From a virus (Duplodnaviria > Caudoviricetes), in the IMG/VR virus record IMGVR_UViG_3300042295_001683, positions 9,404 through 73,403 of that record: a stretch of 64,000 bases of DNA; one strand, 5' to 3'. The position numbers were made by a program, and so were the translations under genes. Under the pieces are notes generated by a model, which made no database searches, was not told the DNA's origin, and was given only the letters and a program-made list of their open reading frames with translations. This document shows, in pieces, positions 9,357-19,100 of the stretch. How positions within the stretch are numbered: position 1 is the stretch's first letter; each line of letters opens with the position of its first letter.

Positions 9357-9544
9357 TCGTAACTCTCGCTTTCCAAAATAGTAATCAATCCAGTGTCAAT
9401 CATTTTCATCATCAAAGGATTTGTTTGCACTAAATCCCAGTTATACCAAGTAGGCTTTTGATTAGCCAAAAAAGATTCTAAAAGCTTCCAGTTCTTTCCT
9501 GCTAATTTGCGAATCCATCGAAAGTTAGTTAAAAATCTATACAT
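9353..9544 (-). CDS. hypothetical protein
   Basis: coupled ORF. Confidence 0.5.
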   Translation of the reverse strand: MYRFLTNFRWIRKLAGKNWKLLESFLANQKPTWYNWDLVQTNPLMMKMIDTGLITILESESYE

Positions 9545-9703
9545 TGTTTTACCCTGTAAATTTACTCAAATAACCTCAAAATCCTAGAACTAGCACCCAT
9601 CTTCTGAGCTTTTGCGCGAGAAGCTTCTACCCTATACCGATCTTCCATCTGCTGTGATGAAATGGCGATCGGGATACGCTGTTTTTCTGGCTGTTTTTCT
9701 GTG

Positions 9704-9964
9704 TCACTCATGATTATTTTTACTTATAAATTCTTGAACAAGTGCCAATCGATCTTCATTGTTTAACAATGGGTTAGCGGCGATCGCCATTTCTATGGCT
9801 CTTAATTCTTCAAAAGAATATTTGGTAGCGCTAAGCTCACATTCAAAACCCCTCAAAAGCTTTTGCCATTCAGGAATAATGACAATTTTGCTGACTTCTT
9901 CATTGGCTTTTTCTAGGTACAACCTATTGTTTATACTAACTTCAGTCTGACTTGTAGCCATCAA
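9704..9964 (-). CDS. hypothetical protein
   Basis: coupled ORF. Confidence 0.55.
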   Translation of the reverse strand: MMATSQTEVSINNRLYLEKANEEVSKIVIIPEWQKLLRGFECELSATKYSFEELRAIEMAIAANPLLNNEDRLALVQEFISKNNHE

Positions 9965-10197
9965 AGCCTCCTAATCTTCTGTAAATCATCAGCATTGCAA
10001 TTAAGCACATTGCAAAGCGCGTCAATTAGGTCAAATTCCAAGAACCTGTAACAACCCTGCTCTAACTTTTGGATTTTGCGTAGATTGCATCCCTGTAGCT
10101 CTGCAAAATTAGCTTTTAGCCAAGCATCGCACTGCTTAGCTAATTCTTTTTGTGTTAGCGATCGCGCTTTGCGTAAGCGCTTTAGGTTTAGCTGCAT
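9961..10197 (-). CDS. Xre/Cro-type HTH regulator (start re-assigned to MQLNLK)
   Basis: LKRLRKARSLTQKELA...IQKLEQG...LCNVLNC. Confidence 0.8.
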   Translation of the reverse strand: MQLNLKRLRKARSLTQKELAKQCDAWLKANFAELQGCNLRKIQKLEQGCYRFLEFDLIDALCNVLNCNADDLQKIRRL

Positions 10198-10421
10198 GAT
10201 TTTAGTTCTTGGTATTTGCGTTCTAATTCTGGTAGTTCGCATTCGAGATCCCCGTTGACGGTTAACTCGTACCATTTACCAGTAGATTTAGAATACTCAT
10301 ATGAATATTGATCCAACTCTTTATTCCACCAAATACTAGAGTTATCTTCATTACGGACATACGCCGCACCTTCAAACTCTATCAAGGTTGTAGTTCTTGT
10401 GGTTTCTCTAATTATTTCCAC
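10188..10421 (-). CDS. hypothetical protein
   Basis: GAGG RBS; first gene of leftward operon. Confidence 0.6.
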   Translation of the reverse strand: MEIIRETTRTTTLIEFEGAAYVRNEDNSSIWWNKELDQYSYEYSKSTGKWYELTVNGDLECELPELERKYQELKSCS

Positions 10422-10444
10422 ATTGTTACCTCATTAACTACTAA

Positions 10445-10560
10445 TCACTATACTATCTACTACCCCCTAAAAGGATACTTTTTACTTATATAATTAGATG
10501 AGAAGCAGTGACAATACTAATCATTTGTGTATTGACTATCCCTCAAAAGGGTAGTAATGT
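10445..10560. promoter_or_regulatory. divergent promoter region with two related operator-like boxes
   Basis: TACCCCCTAAAAGGATA (10461) and TATCCCTCAAAAGGGTA (10537), the latter between TTGACT and AGTAAT. Confidence 0.45.
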
Positions 10561-10979
10561 ATATACAGAAAGCAATAACACAGGAAAAAGCAATGACTAC
10601 AGCAGCACAACTCGCACCAATCAAAAACGCAATCGCATTAGAGTTGCAAGACTTGAGAGAAAACCACGAATATGAGAAAACCCAATGCCAATCGGCGATC
10701 GCTAAAGGCGACTTTGTAAGAGCTTCACGCTCTATGCATGAGTGCATGATTTGGGAATACAATCAAAATTTTGCCAATCAATTCAATCTCGATAAAATCG
10801 AATGTGCCGCAAAATTTACTAATGAGATTCAAACCGTTATGGGTTCTCTCATGGCTAACATCCTTTGCACAGTATCGAATCCACGCGCCGCCGATCTTGC
10901 TTTGCAAGACGCTCAAAAGGAGCAATACAAGTTTTTGGTTAAGGTGCAAAAGATGATCGCTCGTAGAGAGGCTGCTTAA
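10557..10979 (+). CDS. hypothetical protein (probable start MTTAAQ)
   Basis: AGGA RBS after promoter. Confidence 0.65.
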   Translation: MYIQKAITQEKAMTTAAQLAPIKNAIALELQDLRENHEYEKTQCQSAIAKGDFVRASRSMHECMIWEYNQNFANQFNLDKIECAAKFTNEIQTVMGSLMANILCTVSNPRAADLALQDAQKEQYKFLVKVQKMIARREAA

Positions 10980-11133
10980 CCCATGACAGAAATCCAATAT
11001 TGCGAAAAATACTGGATTTCTCGCAATATCGCAATAGCGAGTATTCCAGTATTTCATTATGGCAATAAGGTAAGCCGAAAATACCTATTTGTGATTGAAT
11101 CGCAACCAATTGTAGGAATGACTGAGGTTTATT

Positions 11134-11424
11134 GTGAAAATAATTGAACTAGCCAAAACCGTTTTAAAAGAAAAGGCTGAGCTAGCAGCACTCAGGCAAA
11201 CGATCGCAGATTTGCAAGAGCAAGAAAATAGATTACGCAATGAAATCGCAAGCCTTGATCGTCAATTCTCTCAAGAGTTTGGTCGCCTAGCCGACATTGC
11301 TGATGAGAAATCTATAGACCATTCTGTAGTTGTAGAAATTGATCAGCAAGTTTACACAATTCGATATAAAGAGTTTAAAGGGCTTGTTATATCAGCTAAT
11401 CAAATCTTAAAAGAGGAAGAATAA
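11134..11424 (+). CDS. coiled-coil hypothetical protein
   Basis: GAGG RBS, GTG start. Confidence 0.6.
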   Translation: MKIIELAKTVLKEKAELAALRQTIADLQEQENRLRNEIASLDRQFSQEFGRLADIADEKSIDHSVVVEIDQQVYTIRYKEFKGLVISANQILKEEE

Positions 11425-11430
11425 ACAATC

Positions 11431-11682
11431 ATGAAACCCGTAAACCACTACGCATCAACCACGCCGATCCCTGATTGGCTTGAGGCTGAGATTTTAGAAC
11501 TATCAAAAGATGTTGATGAGATCGCCTTATTAGTGACCGACTTAGGGGGATCGTTATGGCTTCTTAGTTGGTTGAGTCATCCATCAGCAAAAATATCTGA
11601 ACAAGCTAACGAATGGCTTAAAACACAATCACGCGACACATTCAAAGCGCTACTCCAATGGGTAGCGATGGAGTTGATTTAG
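11431..11682 (+). CDS. hypothetical protein
   Basis: ORF in operon. Confidence 0.6.
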   Translation: MKPVNHYASTTPIPDWLEAEILELSKDVDEIALLVTDLGGSLWLLSWLSHPSAKISEQANEWLKTQSRDTFKALLQWVAMELI

Positions 11683-11888
11683 GCATGAAGATTTTAGTAT
11701 TCGCGGCTTACAAAGTAAACAAACAAGGAATTTCAGCACAAGGATCATGCGGCTTTGACATAGATATAGCCCATCCTTCAGAATTCGCAGAAGCGCTAGC
11801 AGAAGCTGAGAACAGGATTAAAACTCGCACCAAATCAGATTCAGTAACGTTCTTAAATCTGACAATGCAAGAATGGAAAGAACCATGA
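11658..11888 (+). CDS. hypothetical protein
   Basis: ORF in operon. Confidence 0.5.
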   Translation: MGSDGVDLGMKILVFAAYKVNKQGISAQGSCGFDIDIAHPSEFAEALAEAENRIKTRTKSDSVTFLNLTMQEWKEP

Positions 11889-12055
11889 CTACCGCACAAC
11901 AAATCACCATCTGTCAAACCCCTGAAGGGTATCTGCACACAGGCTACAGCGAGGATTACATCAAGCGTAATCCGCAATCATTCTGTAAGGTTTGTAAGCG
12001 ATGGCAATTTAAGAGGCGGCGGTGTAAGTTATTTGTTGAGGGTAAACAAGATTAA
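11873..12055 (+). CDS. small Cys-rich protein
   Basis: CKVC...C motif. Confidence 0.5.
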   Translation: MERTMTTAQQITICQTPEGYLHTGYSEDYIKRNPQSFCKVCKRWQFKRRRCKLFVEGKQD

Positions 12056-12075
12056 TTAATAAAGGAGTAAACATA

Positions 12076-12534
12076 ATGGGTCGTGAAGTTCGTAGAGTTC
12101 CCCCTGATTGGGATCATTGGAGTTATTCGGATCAGCCATTGTTTGACTGCTATAACAAGGCATTGGCGCGATGGGTTGAACATAACGATAAATGGAATCA
12201 AGGATTTGAGCTTAATTACACTACTAAGCAATGGGAACCTATCGCAGACAAATACAAGAATATTTCATACAGTGAATATGATGGCGATTGCCCTGATCCT
12301 AATGACTATATGCCAGATTGGGAAAATTCAGAGCGTACACATTACCAAGCTTATGAGAATACAACTGAAGGTACTCCTATATCTCCAGTGATGGCTACTG
12401 AAGATGATTTGATTGATTGGCTTGTAGATAACAAAGCTTCTGCTTTTGGAGATATGACTGGCGATCGTGATTTTTGGACATCCGTAGTTAAGCAAAATAG
12501 TGGCGGCTTGATTACAATTACTAAATTAAAGTAA
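12076..12534 (+). CDS. conserved phage hypothetical protein
   Basis: MGREVRRVPPDWDH...YENTTEGTPISPV; AAGGAG RBS. Confidence 0.8.
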   Translation: MGREVRRVPPDWDHWSYSDQPLFDCYNKALARWVEHNDKWNQGFELNYTTKQWEPIADKYKNISYSEYDGDCPDPNDYMPDWENSERTHYQAYENTTEGTPISPVMATEDDLIDWLVDNKASAFGDMTGDRDFWTSVVKQNSGGLITITKLK

Positions 12535-12542
12535 CCAACAGC

Positions 12543-12581
12543 AAAAAGAGAGAGCGATCATTGAGATCACTCTCTCTTTTT
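12543..12581. terminator. bidirectional intrinsic terminator
   Basis: AAAAGAGAGAG-CGATC..GATCA-CTCTCTCTTTT between convergent operons. Confidence 0.7.
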
Positions 12582-12674
12582 GCTTACTTATAAGGCTTAG
12601 GCTTTGGCTTACCTTTGGGCTTAGGTTTCATTTTCATGGCAGTGGTTTTGTGGCTTTACACTTTTATTATTGCA

Positions 12675-13354
12675 GATTGTCCTCAAGATTTAATTTAATA
12701 GATCATCTCTGACAAGGCGATCGTAAAACTGTTGATGGGATTCTCTGGGAAGTGGTGTTAAGTTCATGCCTTCACAAAGTTAAATATTCAGTGCTAGGCA
12801 AACTGTCCAAATCGACAGTAAATTTTTCTTTAAACCAATTTGGAAAACCTTTAGGATAAGCTCGTTTTAAATCTCCAACAGTAAAGCCTAAAACACCGCC
12901 GACCCAAGGTTCTGTTACCACATCAAAGGCAACGTGCAAACAACAAGAAAAAGCATTGCTTACCCTATCTGCTATCTCAAAGCGCAAATTATCGTAAGCC
13001 TCTAGTTCCTCTTCGGTACAGTCTTCTGACTGGCTCCTTGTATCAACAAAGCGATCTAACTTTGCTCGTTCAAGCCTATTACCCATTAAATGAGCATAAT
13101 CCACGACCTCAGTGGAATACTCAGAGATAAGGTCGTAGACATCCTCTAGGTTATTCCATTTGGGGTAATCGGTCGCATATTTAAAGAAAGTGTGCAGTTG
13201 ATTAACCGTCCAGCCGTAGTAGCGATCATGTTTAAAACTAGCCTTAGCCAAGCAAAAAGCGAGGTCTTTTAATCGTTTGAGTTGTAGTTCTGTCATGGTT
13301 TTCTCCGATGTGGTCTGGGGTGATTGTCCTCAAGATTTAATTTAATAGATCATC
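12675..13354. repeat. 33-bp direct repeat (12675-12707 and 13322-13354) flanking one gene
   Basis: GATTGTCCTCAAGATTTAATTTAATAGATCATC twice. Confidence 0.85.
12772..13296 (-). CDS. hypothetical protein
   Basis: 174 aa, GGAG RBS. Confidence 0.75.
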   Translation of the reverse strand: MTELQLKRLKDLAFCLAKASFKHDRYYGWTVNQLHTFFKYATDYPKWNNLEDVYDLISEYSTEVVDYAHLMGNRLERAKLDRFVDTRSQSEDCTEEELEAYDNLRFEIADRVSNAFSCCLHVAFDVVTEPWVGGVLGFTVGDLKRAYPKGFPNWFKEKFTVDLDSLPSTEYLTL

Positions 13355-13544
13355 ACTCAATTCTAGTATTAGTAACAACGATCGCCGCTAGCTCGCGGTT
13401 GATTTTGCTGCGTAGTTCAATCAATTGAGCGCGTAACGCTCTTTCGTCTAAACCCTTGTTTTGGGCGGCGTATTTCATTTCGTCAGTCAATGCGTATATG
13501 CGGGTTAAATCGATCATTTTGCTAACCTCTGGAAATAGTGGCAA
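13353..13544 (-). CDS. hypothetical protein
   Basis: coupled ORF. Confidence 0.45.
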   Translation of the reverse strand: MPLFPEVSKMIDLTRIYALTDEMKYAAQNKGLDERALRAQLIELRSKINRELAAIVVTNTRIE

Positions 13545-13729
13545 GTGTATCTGTTACCAGTCTTAATCACAACGTTACCGCCCTTTTTGCGACATAGCCT
13601 AGAAGCCTCTTGATTGCTTCTAGCTGTGATTGTGCCAAGGTCTGAGAAGCCATTACCAACGGTGCGGTTAACTTGAGCAATAGCAGGGGTGGAGATAGAA
13701 AGCAATGCGAGGATTAGTAGATATTTCAT
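13514..13729 (-). CDS. small secreted protein
   Basis: signal peptide MKYLLILALLSISTPAIA; two Cys. Confidence 0.65.
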   Translation of the reverse strand: MKYLLILALLSISTPAIAQVNRTVGNGFSDLGTITARSNQEASRLCRKKGGNVVIKTGNRYTCHYFQRLAK

Positions 13730-13800
13730 GGTTTAATATTTGGTAGAAATGCAGTTTTTCGGGTTTCAGCGATCGCTTGTCATGGGGCGATCGCTGATTT

Positions 13801-14712
13801 TTATTGGAGCAATGACGCTAAATATTTAACTCTAAGCAATGGCACAACAGCGCACTGAGGGACGATCGCATTACCTAATGCTGAAAGTCTGTCCAGCCTA
13901 TTGGGAAGCCCTGCATCCACTCCACAAACTGGGGGCTCAATACTTGCCCAGTGGCTAAGCCTAGAATGTGATCCAATGTTGGCTGATTTCGCAATGCTTC
14001 GCTCGGCGCTCCTGTCTCCTTGGCTAGATGTGCTGTTGGTGTCGGTAATAGCTTTTGCAATGCAGTTACTAGACCGTCTCCGCTTGTTTTGCTTGACCCC
14101 TTGCGGTTGTGGTTCCCGCAAACTGAAGGGGTAGGTAGAAGCAATCGCAACTTGACATCTAATTTGGTCTGCCCAGGTCGATGGCTCTTTTGAAAACTGT
14201 AAGCCTGTGGGGTAGGCAATGAGAAATATTCGCTCTCTAAGGTGTGGCGCTCCAAGGGCGGCTGCGCTGATAACTTGCCATTCCGCATCATACCCGCTTT
14301 CGGAAAGGCTCCTGAGAACTTCTCTAAATCCGTTGCGAAAAGCTCCTGCGACGTTTTCCCAAATAAGGAAAGTTGCTCTACTCTCTTTGTAGATTCGTAA
14401 TTGTTCAAACCATAGACTTGACCTTTTGCCCTCGATAATGCCCTTCTGAACTCCTGCGATAGAAAGATCTTGGCAAGGCGATCCCCCGACAACAAGATCG
14501 CAGTATGACGTAGGTTTATAGGTTGTGACATCATCATAAATTGGTGTATTTGGAAAGTTTTTCTTTAATACTTTTTGACAGAACGGATTAATTTCTACTG
14601 AGACGATCGTCTCAATTCCTCCAACCCAATCGCTGGCTAGTCTAAAGCCGCCTATTCCTGCAAATAGCTCGATCATTTTGAGTTTCATTGCACTAGCTCC
14701 ACTAACTCGCAA
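13801..14712 (-). CDS. DNA (cytosine-5) methyltransferase, large subunit
   Basis: ELFAGIGG (I), GGSPCQDLS (IV), WENV (VI), PHLRERIF (VIII), ALGNAIVP (X). Confidence 0.92.
   Translation of the reverse strand: MRVSGASAMKLKMIELFAGIGGFRLASDWVGGIETIVSVEINPFCQKVLKKNFPNTPIYDDVTTYKPTSYCDLVVGGSPCQDLSIAGVQKGIIEGKRSSLWFEQLRIYKESRATFLIWENVAGAFRNGFREVLRSLSESGYDAEWQVISAAALGAPHLRERIFLIAYPTGLQFSKEPSTWADQIRCQVAIASTYPFSLREPQPQGVKQNKRRRSSNCIAKAITDTNSTSSQGDRSAERSIAKSANIGSHSRLSHWASIEPPVCGVDAGLPNRLDRLSALGNAIVPQCAVVPLLRVKYLASLLQ
13875..14537 (-). CDS. nested alternative-frame ORF, probable small MTase subunit carrying motif IX
   Basis: LPTP repeats and LSPQFVEWMQGFPIGWT, lying wholly inside the MTase gene in another frame. 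Confidence 0.65.
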   Translation of the reverse strand: MMMSQPINLRHTAILLSGDRLAKIFLSQEFRRALSRAKGQVYGLNNYESTKRVEQLSLFGKTSQELFATDLEKFSGAFPKAGMMRNGKLSAQPPLERHTLESEYFSLPTPQAYSFQKSHRPGQTKLDVKLRLLLPTPSVCGNHNRKGSSKTSGDGLVTALQKLLPTPTAHLAKETGAPSEALRNQPTLDHILGLATGQVLSPQFVEWMQGFPIGWTDFQH

Positions 14713-14966
14713 TCATAAGCAAAAATATTTTCAGCAATCTCACCCTGCGATGATCCGCCTTTAGTAAGGAAATCAAAACAACGCTCTGATGCGATCGCTG
14801 GTTCTGGCAATGCATAAACTTTGTTGCCGATATATGCAAAATGTTGAGTGACGTGGGTATCGGTATATCCCATCTCTCGCAGGGCAAGAGCTAATGGTGA
14901 CTTACTAGGATACTTTGCGACGGCGATGTGCGCGGCGGTTACAGATACTTTGATTGTACTTAGCAT
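14685..14966 (-). CDS. hypothetical protein
   Basis: coupled ORF. Confidence 0.6.
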   Translation of the reverse strand: MLSTIKVSVTAAHIAVAKYPSKSPLALALREMGYTDTHVTQHFAYIGNKVYALPEPAIASERCFDFLTKGGSSQGEIAENIFAYDCELVELVQ

Positions 14967-15241
14967 CGCTTCAACCTCTTGACTACTTCCTTTTTGTACT
15001 GCTCTTTCTTCTCTTCCTTCACCCGCTTAGCTTTAGTCACGGGATGAGCTAGCTCTGATTCAAGAAAATCAGCTAGTTCGGCGGGGTTACCTTGTTCGTC
15101 TACGATCGCATAATCGTAATCAGGATTGTCGGTCTGATGGCGTTCCATCATAAGACGCAATACATCAAGTCGGGCGGTGTACTTGGTTACATCTTCATCT
15201 TTGCGGATGGTGCGGATGAGTTTAAATTTCTTATCGCTCAT
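14960..15241 (-). CDS. hypothetical protein (probable start MSDKKF)
   Basis: charged protein-like composition only from the internal Met. Confidence 0.5.
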   Translation of the reverse strand: MSDKKFKLIRTIRKDEDVTKYTARLDVLRLMMERHQTDNPDYDYAIVDEQGNPAELADFLESELAHPVTKAKRVKEEKKEQYKKEVVKRLKRC

Positions 15242-15456
15242 CTGCTTCTTTTGCCAATAGCGTTTCTTTTGCCAATAGTGTAGCCAAGGGTAAAACAAGA
15301 AATACATAAAGACGCTAGACAACAAATCACAGTAAAAATAGATACTCCGATCATAATTAACTCCTCGCAACCGCAATCTTAATAGTGAGGTATAGAACTT
15401 GTTGTAGTAGTTCTTGCATAATGTTTAGGCGGCATTGCGCCGCCTGTGAGTGTGGG

Positions 15457-16365
15457 TTAGAAATCGTCAGCGTCTATGCGGCTTTGTTCTTCTGGAGTAG
15501 GATCTGATTCATCCAACTCATGTGCAGACTTTACGGGTTGAGGGGCAACTTCCTGATTAAACTTCTTAGTCAAATCACCCAAAATATTAGTGATGATTGA
15601 GAGCTGATCTTGACTTGGCTCGTACTTGCTAGAGCTTTTCGCAACCCATGCTATAAGCTTTTCCAGATCCTCAATGGTTGCGCACTTATTTACGCCCTTT
15701 TCAAAGATTGCCCATAGCTTTTCATCCCATCCCGTTGCGATTTCTGGCTTTGGAATGCTGACTGGTTGAGTCTGTGGACTGACATTGCTAGCTTGATCCA
15801 TCTCTTCAGATGCATAAAGCCCAGCGGTTTGCTCTGGAAATGCTTTGCGAAGTGCTAAAGCCTCGGAACATTTACCGATCATGATGTCGGGCATTTTCTC
15901 CCATAGTCCTGAAAGCTTGCCTTTAAAGTCTTGTTTGTAAGCATCAAAACGAGCGACGGCTGTGAATGGTTGCCCACAACCTTTACGATATACAACAGTT
16001 TTAGCAGCGCTTGGCGGTGTTGATTTTAACCACACTTCCAACCATTTACCATCTTCTCCACACCAAAAAGTTGTAGAGCCGTCATAGTATCCAGAATTAG
16101 CAGCGCGTTTGCGAAGTCCATCAATCGATACTTGGATCGACATTTTTGGCTCTTTGCGCTGTGTCTCTGGGTTCCAAGTCTCCCTAGAGATTGCGTAAAT
16201 CTCACGGGTGAAAGGGCTTAAATTAGTCTGTTTGCAAACTTCAATGAAATAATCAAGTTCTGTGTCAGAGCATTTAGGCGCAATCTGTTGCTTGAGAACT
16301 TTCAACTGCTCAGGATTGAAATGCTGAGTGATGCTTGATTGAGATGTAGTTGTGATAGCTGACAT
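15457..16365 (-). CDS. bet: phage single-strand annealing recombinase Bet
   Basis: LSPFTREIYAI, IQVSIDGLRKRA, WEKMPDIMIGKCSEALALRKAFP, GLYASEEM. Confidence 0.92.
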   Translation of the reverse strand: MSAITTTSQSSITQHFNPEQLKVLKQQIAPKCSDTELDYFIEVCKQTNLSPFTREIYAISRETWNPETQRKEPKMSIQVSIDGLRKRAANSGYYDGSTTFWCGEDGKWLEVWLKSTPPSAAKTVVYRKGCGQPFTAVARFDAYKQDFKGKLSGLWEKMPDIMIGKCSEALALRKAFPEQTAGLYASEEMDQASNVSPQTQPVSIPKPEIATGWDEKLWAIFEKGVNKCATIEDLEKLIAWVAKSSSKYEPSQDQLSIITNILGDLTKKFNQEVAPQPVKSAHELDESDPTPEEQSRIDADDF

Positions 16366-16474
16366 TTGTTTTACCTGTGCGGATTAATGTTAATAGCGAT
16401 CGCCCAAATAACAGGCGACAAGAATGCAACGCATAGCCAGTATGTTAGTTGCTGGTGGAGATAGTCGTATGGGG

Positions 16475-16822
16475 TCATACCACCTCCGCAAAATCAGTTA
16501 GCTCGGCATAAGCCTGATCCGCGATTGCCTCTGATTCTTGCAACCGCATCAAAGCGATTTTGCATGACAAGTAAGCGAGAAAACCTGTCTGATCTTCTGG
16601 CTCCCAAAATTTAAATACAAGCCAATGGCTAAAATCAATTAGATCAGGTTTCATCTCATCATGATTACCGTATAAGTAGAGCGCTTGCAAATCTACGGAG
16701 ATTTCTTCTAACTGCTCTCTAGAGTATTTTTTGAAAATGTTAGCTAGACTTCCCTCAAATTCAAACTCGTTTACTGTCTTTTGAAGTGAATCGATAATTT
16801 GTTGACGCATTTTAAAAATCAT
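16475..16822 (-). CDS. hypothetical protein
   Basis: ORF in operon. Confidence 0.6.
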   Translation of the reverse strand: MIFKMRQQIIDSLQKTVNEFEFEGSLANIFKKYSREQLEEISVDLQALYLYGNHDEMKPDLIDFSHWLVFKFWEPEDQTGFLAYLSCKIALMRLQESEAIADQAYAELTDFAEVV

Positions 16823-16942
16823 CCTCGTAGTTAGGGTTTGGTGTAGCCATCGGATAGGCGGCGATCATCATCAGATATAGCGGGGCAAAGCGCCAAGTTA
16901 GGCGATCGCAATATTCGATATATTCTTGCTCTTCGTAGTTGC

Positions 16943-17308
16943 TCATACTCCTAATAGCTCCCTAGCAACGATCGCGTCAGCAACAATGTCAGCGATGCTC
17001 ATCTCATCCAACTCCGATTGTTTCTTTTGAGCATGGATTTGTTCGCAGTAGAGTTGCACGTCTTTGTAACAAAGCAACTTGTAGGGATTGGTACTAATCA
17101 TTACATTGCCATCCATCAGCACCAATCTGGGTTTGCTACCTAGAAGCTCTAACCCATATTCTTTAGCAATGCTTTCGGCTGTAGCGCGTGAGATGTCTTT
17201 TGTCTCTTTGCGCGTTGCTTTTACCATTGCGTGTGCATCTTGTGCGCTGATCGTAGATGTGTTGCGGCGGCGATCGTAACCGCCAATGATTTGAAATGTG
17301 TCTGACAT
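16943..17308 (-). CDS. hypothetical protein
   Basis: AAGG RBS; first gene of leftward operon. Confidence 0.65.
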   Translation of the reverse strand: MSDTFQIIGGYDRRRNTSTISAQDAHAMVKATRKETKDISRATAESIAKEYGLELLGSKPRLVLMDGNVMISTNPYKLLCYKDVQLYCEQIHAQKKQSELDEMSIADIVADAIVARELLGV

Positions 17309-17460
17309 GATGCGTTACCTTTGCTTGCTTGTGTTTTACCTGTATGTGAAACAGTATTACATAGTATTTCCTAAAATGCAATACTTTTTTTGATTAAATA
17401 TTCTATTGACTTGTAAAAATATTTATGCTTTACTAAGGATCGAATTACATAGAGGCGCTT

Positions 17461-17661
17461 ATGGCTTTATCAAAAATTTCAGAGCTTAGGCAAAGAAAAG
17501 GATTGACTCAAAAAGCTTTAGCTGACGAGTTAGGAATGACTGTCGCTGGTTTCCAAAATTGGGAGAAAGGTAAAAACAATAAGAAGTCTATTGAACGCTT
17601 TGCAAAATTATGCAAAGCATTAGGATGTAAACCTGAAGATTTAGTAGAGGTAGATTCATGA
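17461..17661 (+). CDS. Xre/Cro-type HTH regulator
   Basis: ISELRQRKGLTQKALADELGMTVAGFQNWEKG. Confidence 0.9.
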   Translation: MALSKISELRQRKGLTQKALADELGMTVAGFQNWEKGKNNKKSIERFAKLCKALGCKPEDLVEVDS

Positions 17662-18425
17662 GTGAAATTACAGTACAGAATGATTCTCCATTTGATGCGA
17701 TCCGCCGCTTTGATGAAAGTGGAAAAGAATATTGGATTGCTAGAGAGTTGATGAAGCTTTTGGGTTATACCAAATGGGAGAGGTTTGGGACTAAAGAAAC
17801 CCAGTCTAACCGTACATCGGTAATTAAAAAAGCAATCGCAGCTTGTCATAATGCAGGGTTTAACTCTGAAGAGCATTTTAACCATTTCCCCACATGGGGA
17901 AACACCCGTGAAGACTGGTTTCTAACTCGTTACGCTTGCTATTTAATTGCTCAGAATGGTGATCCTGAAAAGCAAGAAATTGCTATGGCGCAAAGCTATT
18001 TTGCAACTAAAACCCGTGAAGCTGAAATTGCAGAAATCAAGATCGAACCATCAATAAAGGCATTGCCAACTCGCGACGCGATTGATTACATTGAAGCTGC
18101 TGACAAGTTGGCTAAACTTCCAGATAGTCGCCTTACTCGATTACTATCTCAGATGTTTGTATCTGAAGTTGCTTTAATCAGCGCTAATCAGCGTCAAATA
18201 GCACCTGCAACAGAAGTCCAAAAGCAATACACTACAGCAACTGTAAGAGCTTCTCAACTTGGCTACACCGCTAAACAGATTGGCAATGGGACATCATTGG
18301 GTAAATTCGTAAAGGCTGTGATAGAGCCTGACTTTGTGGACTGGCAAGGGCAATATAAGGTTAATCACTTTGAAGTGAATGAAGTGCTTGACGCTCGTAT
18401 CCACTTATTCTTTGCGAGAGGTTAA
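17658..18425 (+). CDS. DinD/BRO-like antirepressor-type protein
   Basis: SPFDAIRR...EYWIARELMKLLGYTKWERF...LTRYACYLIAQNGDPEK..IAMAQSYFA. Confidence 0.8.
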   Translation: MSEITVQNDSPFDAIRRFDESGKEYWIARELMKLLGYTKWERFGTKETQSNRTSVIKKAIAACHNAGFNSEEHFNHFPTWGNTREDWFLTRYACYLIAQNGDPEKQEIAMAQSYFATKTREAEIAEIKIEPSIKALPTRDAIDYIEAADKLAKLPDSRLTRLLSQMFVSEVALISANQRQIAPATEVQKQYTTATVRASQLGYTAKQIGNGTSLGKFVKAVIEPDFVDWQGQYKVNHFEVNEVLDARIHLFFARG

Positions 18426-18867
18426 CAACATGCACCCCGTAGAAAACCTTACGATCCTATACCGCGCCCGTGGTTTCTGGCACACACCCGAACTCAACCA
18501 AGCGATCGAGAAAATCATTAATCACTTTGGAGATCGCGCATCTATTCCCCCTGAATTTATTGCTGAGTTCATGAGTGGAATTAAGCGTCATGGCTTGCCA
18601 AGTGGCGAGGGTTGGAATGTTTGGTATGAACCATGTCCAGTTGTTAAAACTACTGCAATGGAAGTAGTTGTTACATCACAGGATCTATCGCCAGAAATCC
18701 TAGAAATATTCCCAGACTTCTACAAGGGCGGTAAATTCCACATCAACAAAGCTAAGCTACAGCGCGACGGCAGGGCTTATCACTCGCGGCATGGTGAGTA
18801 TTTTTATATTGATGCGCCTGATAGCGCGATCGCATTGGTGGAAAGTAAAGAATTATTGGAGGTTTGA
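18379..18867 (+). CDS. hypothetical protein (probable start MHPVEN)
   Basis: GAGG RBS before the internal ATG. Confidence 0.6.
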   Translation: MKCLTLVSTYSLREVNNMHPVENLTILYRARGFWHTPELNQAIEKIINHFGDRASIPPEFIAEFMSGIKRHGLPSGEGWNVWYEPCPVVKTTAMEVVVTSQDLSPEILEIFPDFYKGGKFHINKAKLQRDGRAYHSRHGEYFYIDAPDSAIALVESKELLEV

Positions 18868-19100
18868 TTATGGTTAAAGAGTGTAAAGCCATCGATTTTC
18901 CCGTAGGAGCTTATTACCTTAATGGTGATGACAAGCCCTTGGAAGTAATCAAAAAAAGTGTAAGCAGAGAGCGTGTACTAGGATCTAATCAAGTAGATTA
19001 TTTTGTGTTACTGAACACTGCACAGTCTAGACCAAATGGGGAAGACTATCTGTATTTTGGTGCTGACTGCATTCTTCAGTTTCAGGAGGCTATCTCATGA
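18864..19100 (+). CDS. hypothetical protein
   Basis: coupled ORF. Confidence 0.55.
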   Translation: MIMVKECKAIDFPVGAYYLNGDDKPLEVIKKSVSRERVLGSNQVDYFVLLNTAQSRPNGEDYLYFGADCILQFQEAIS

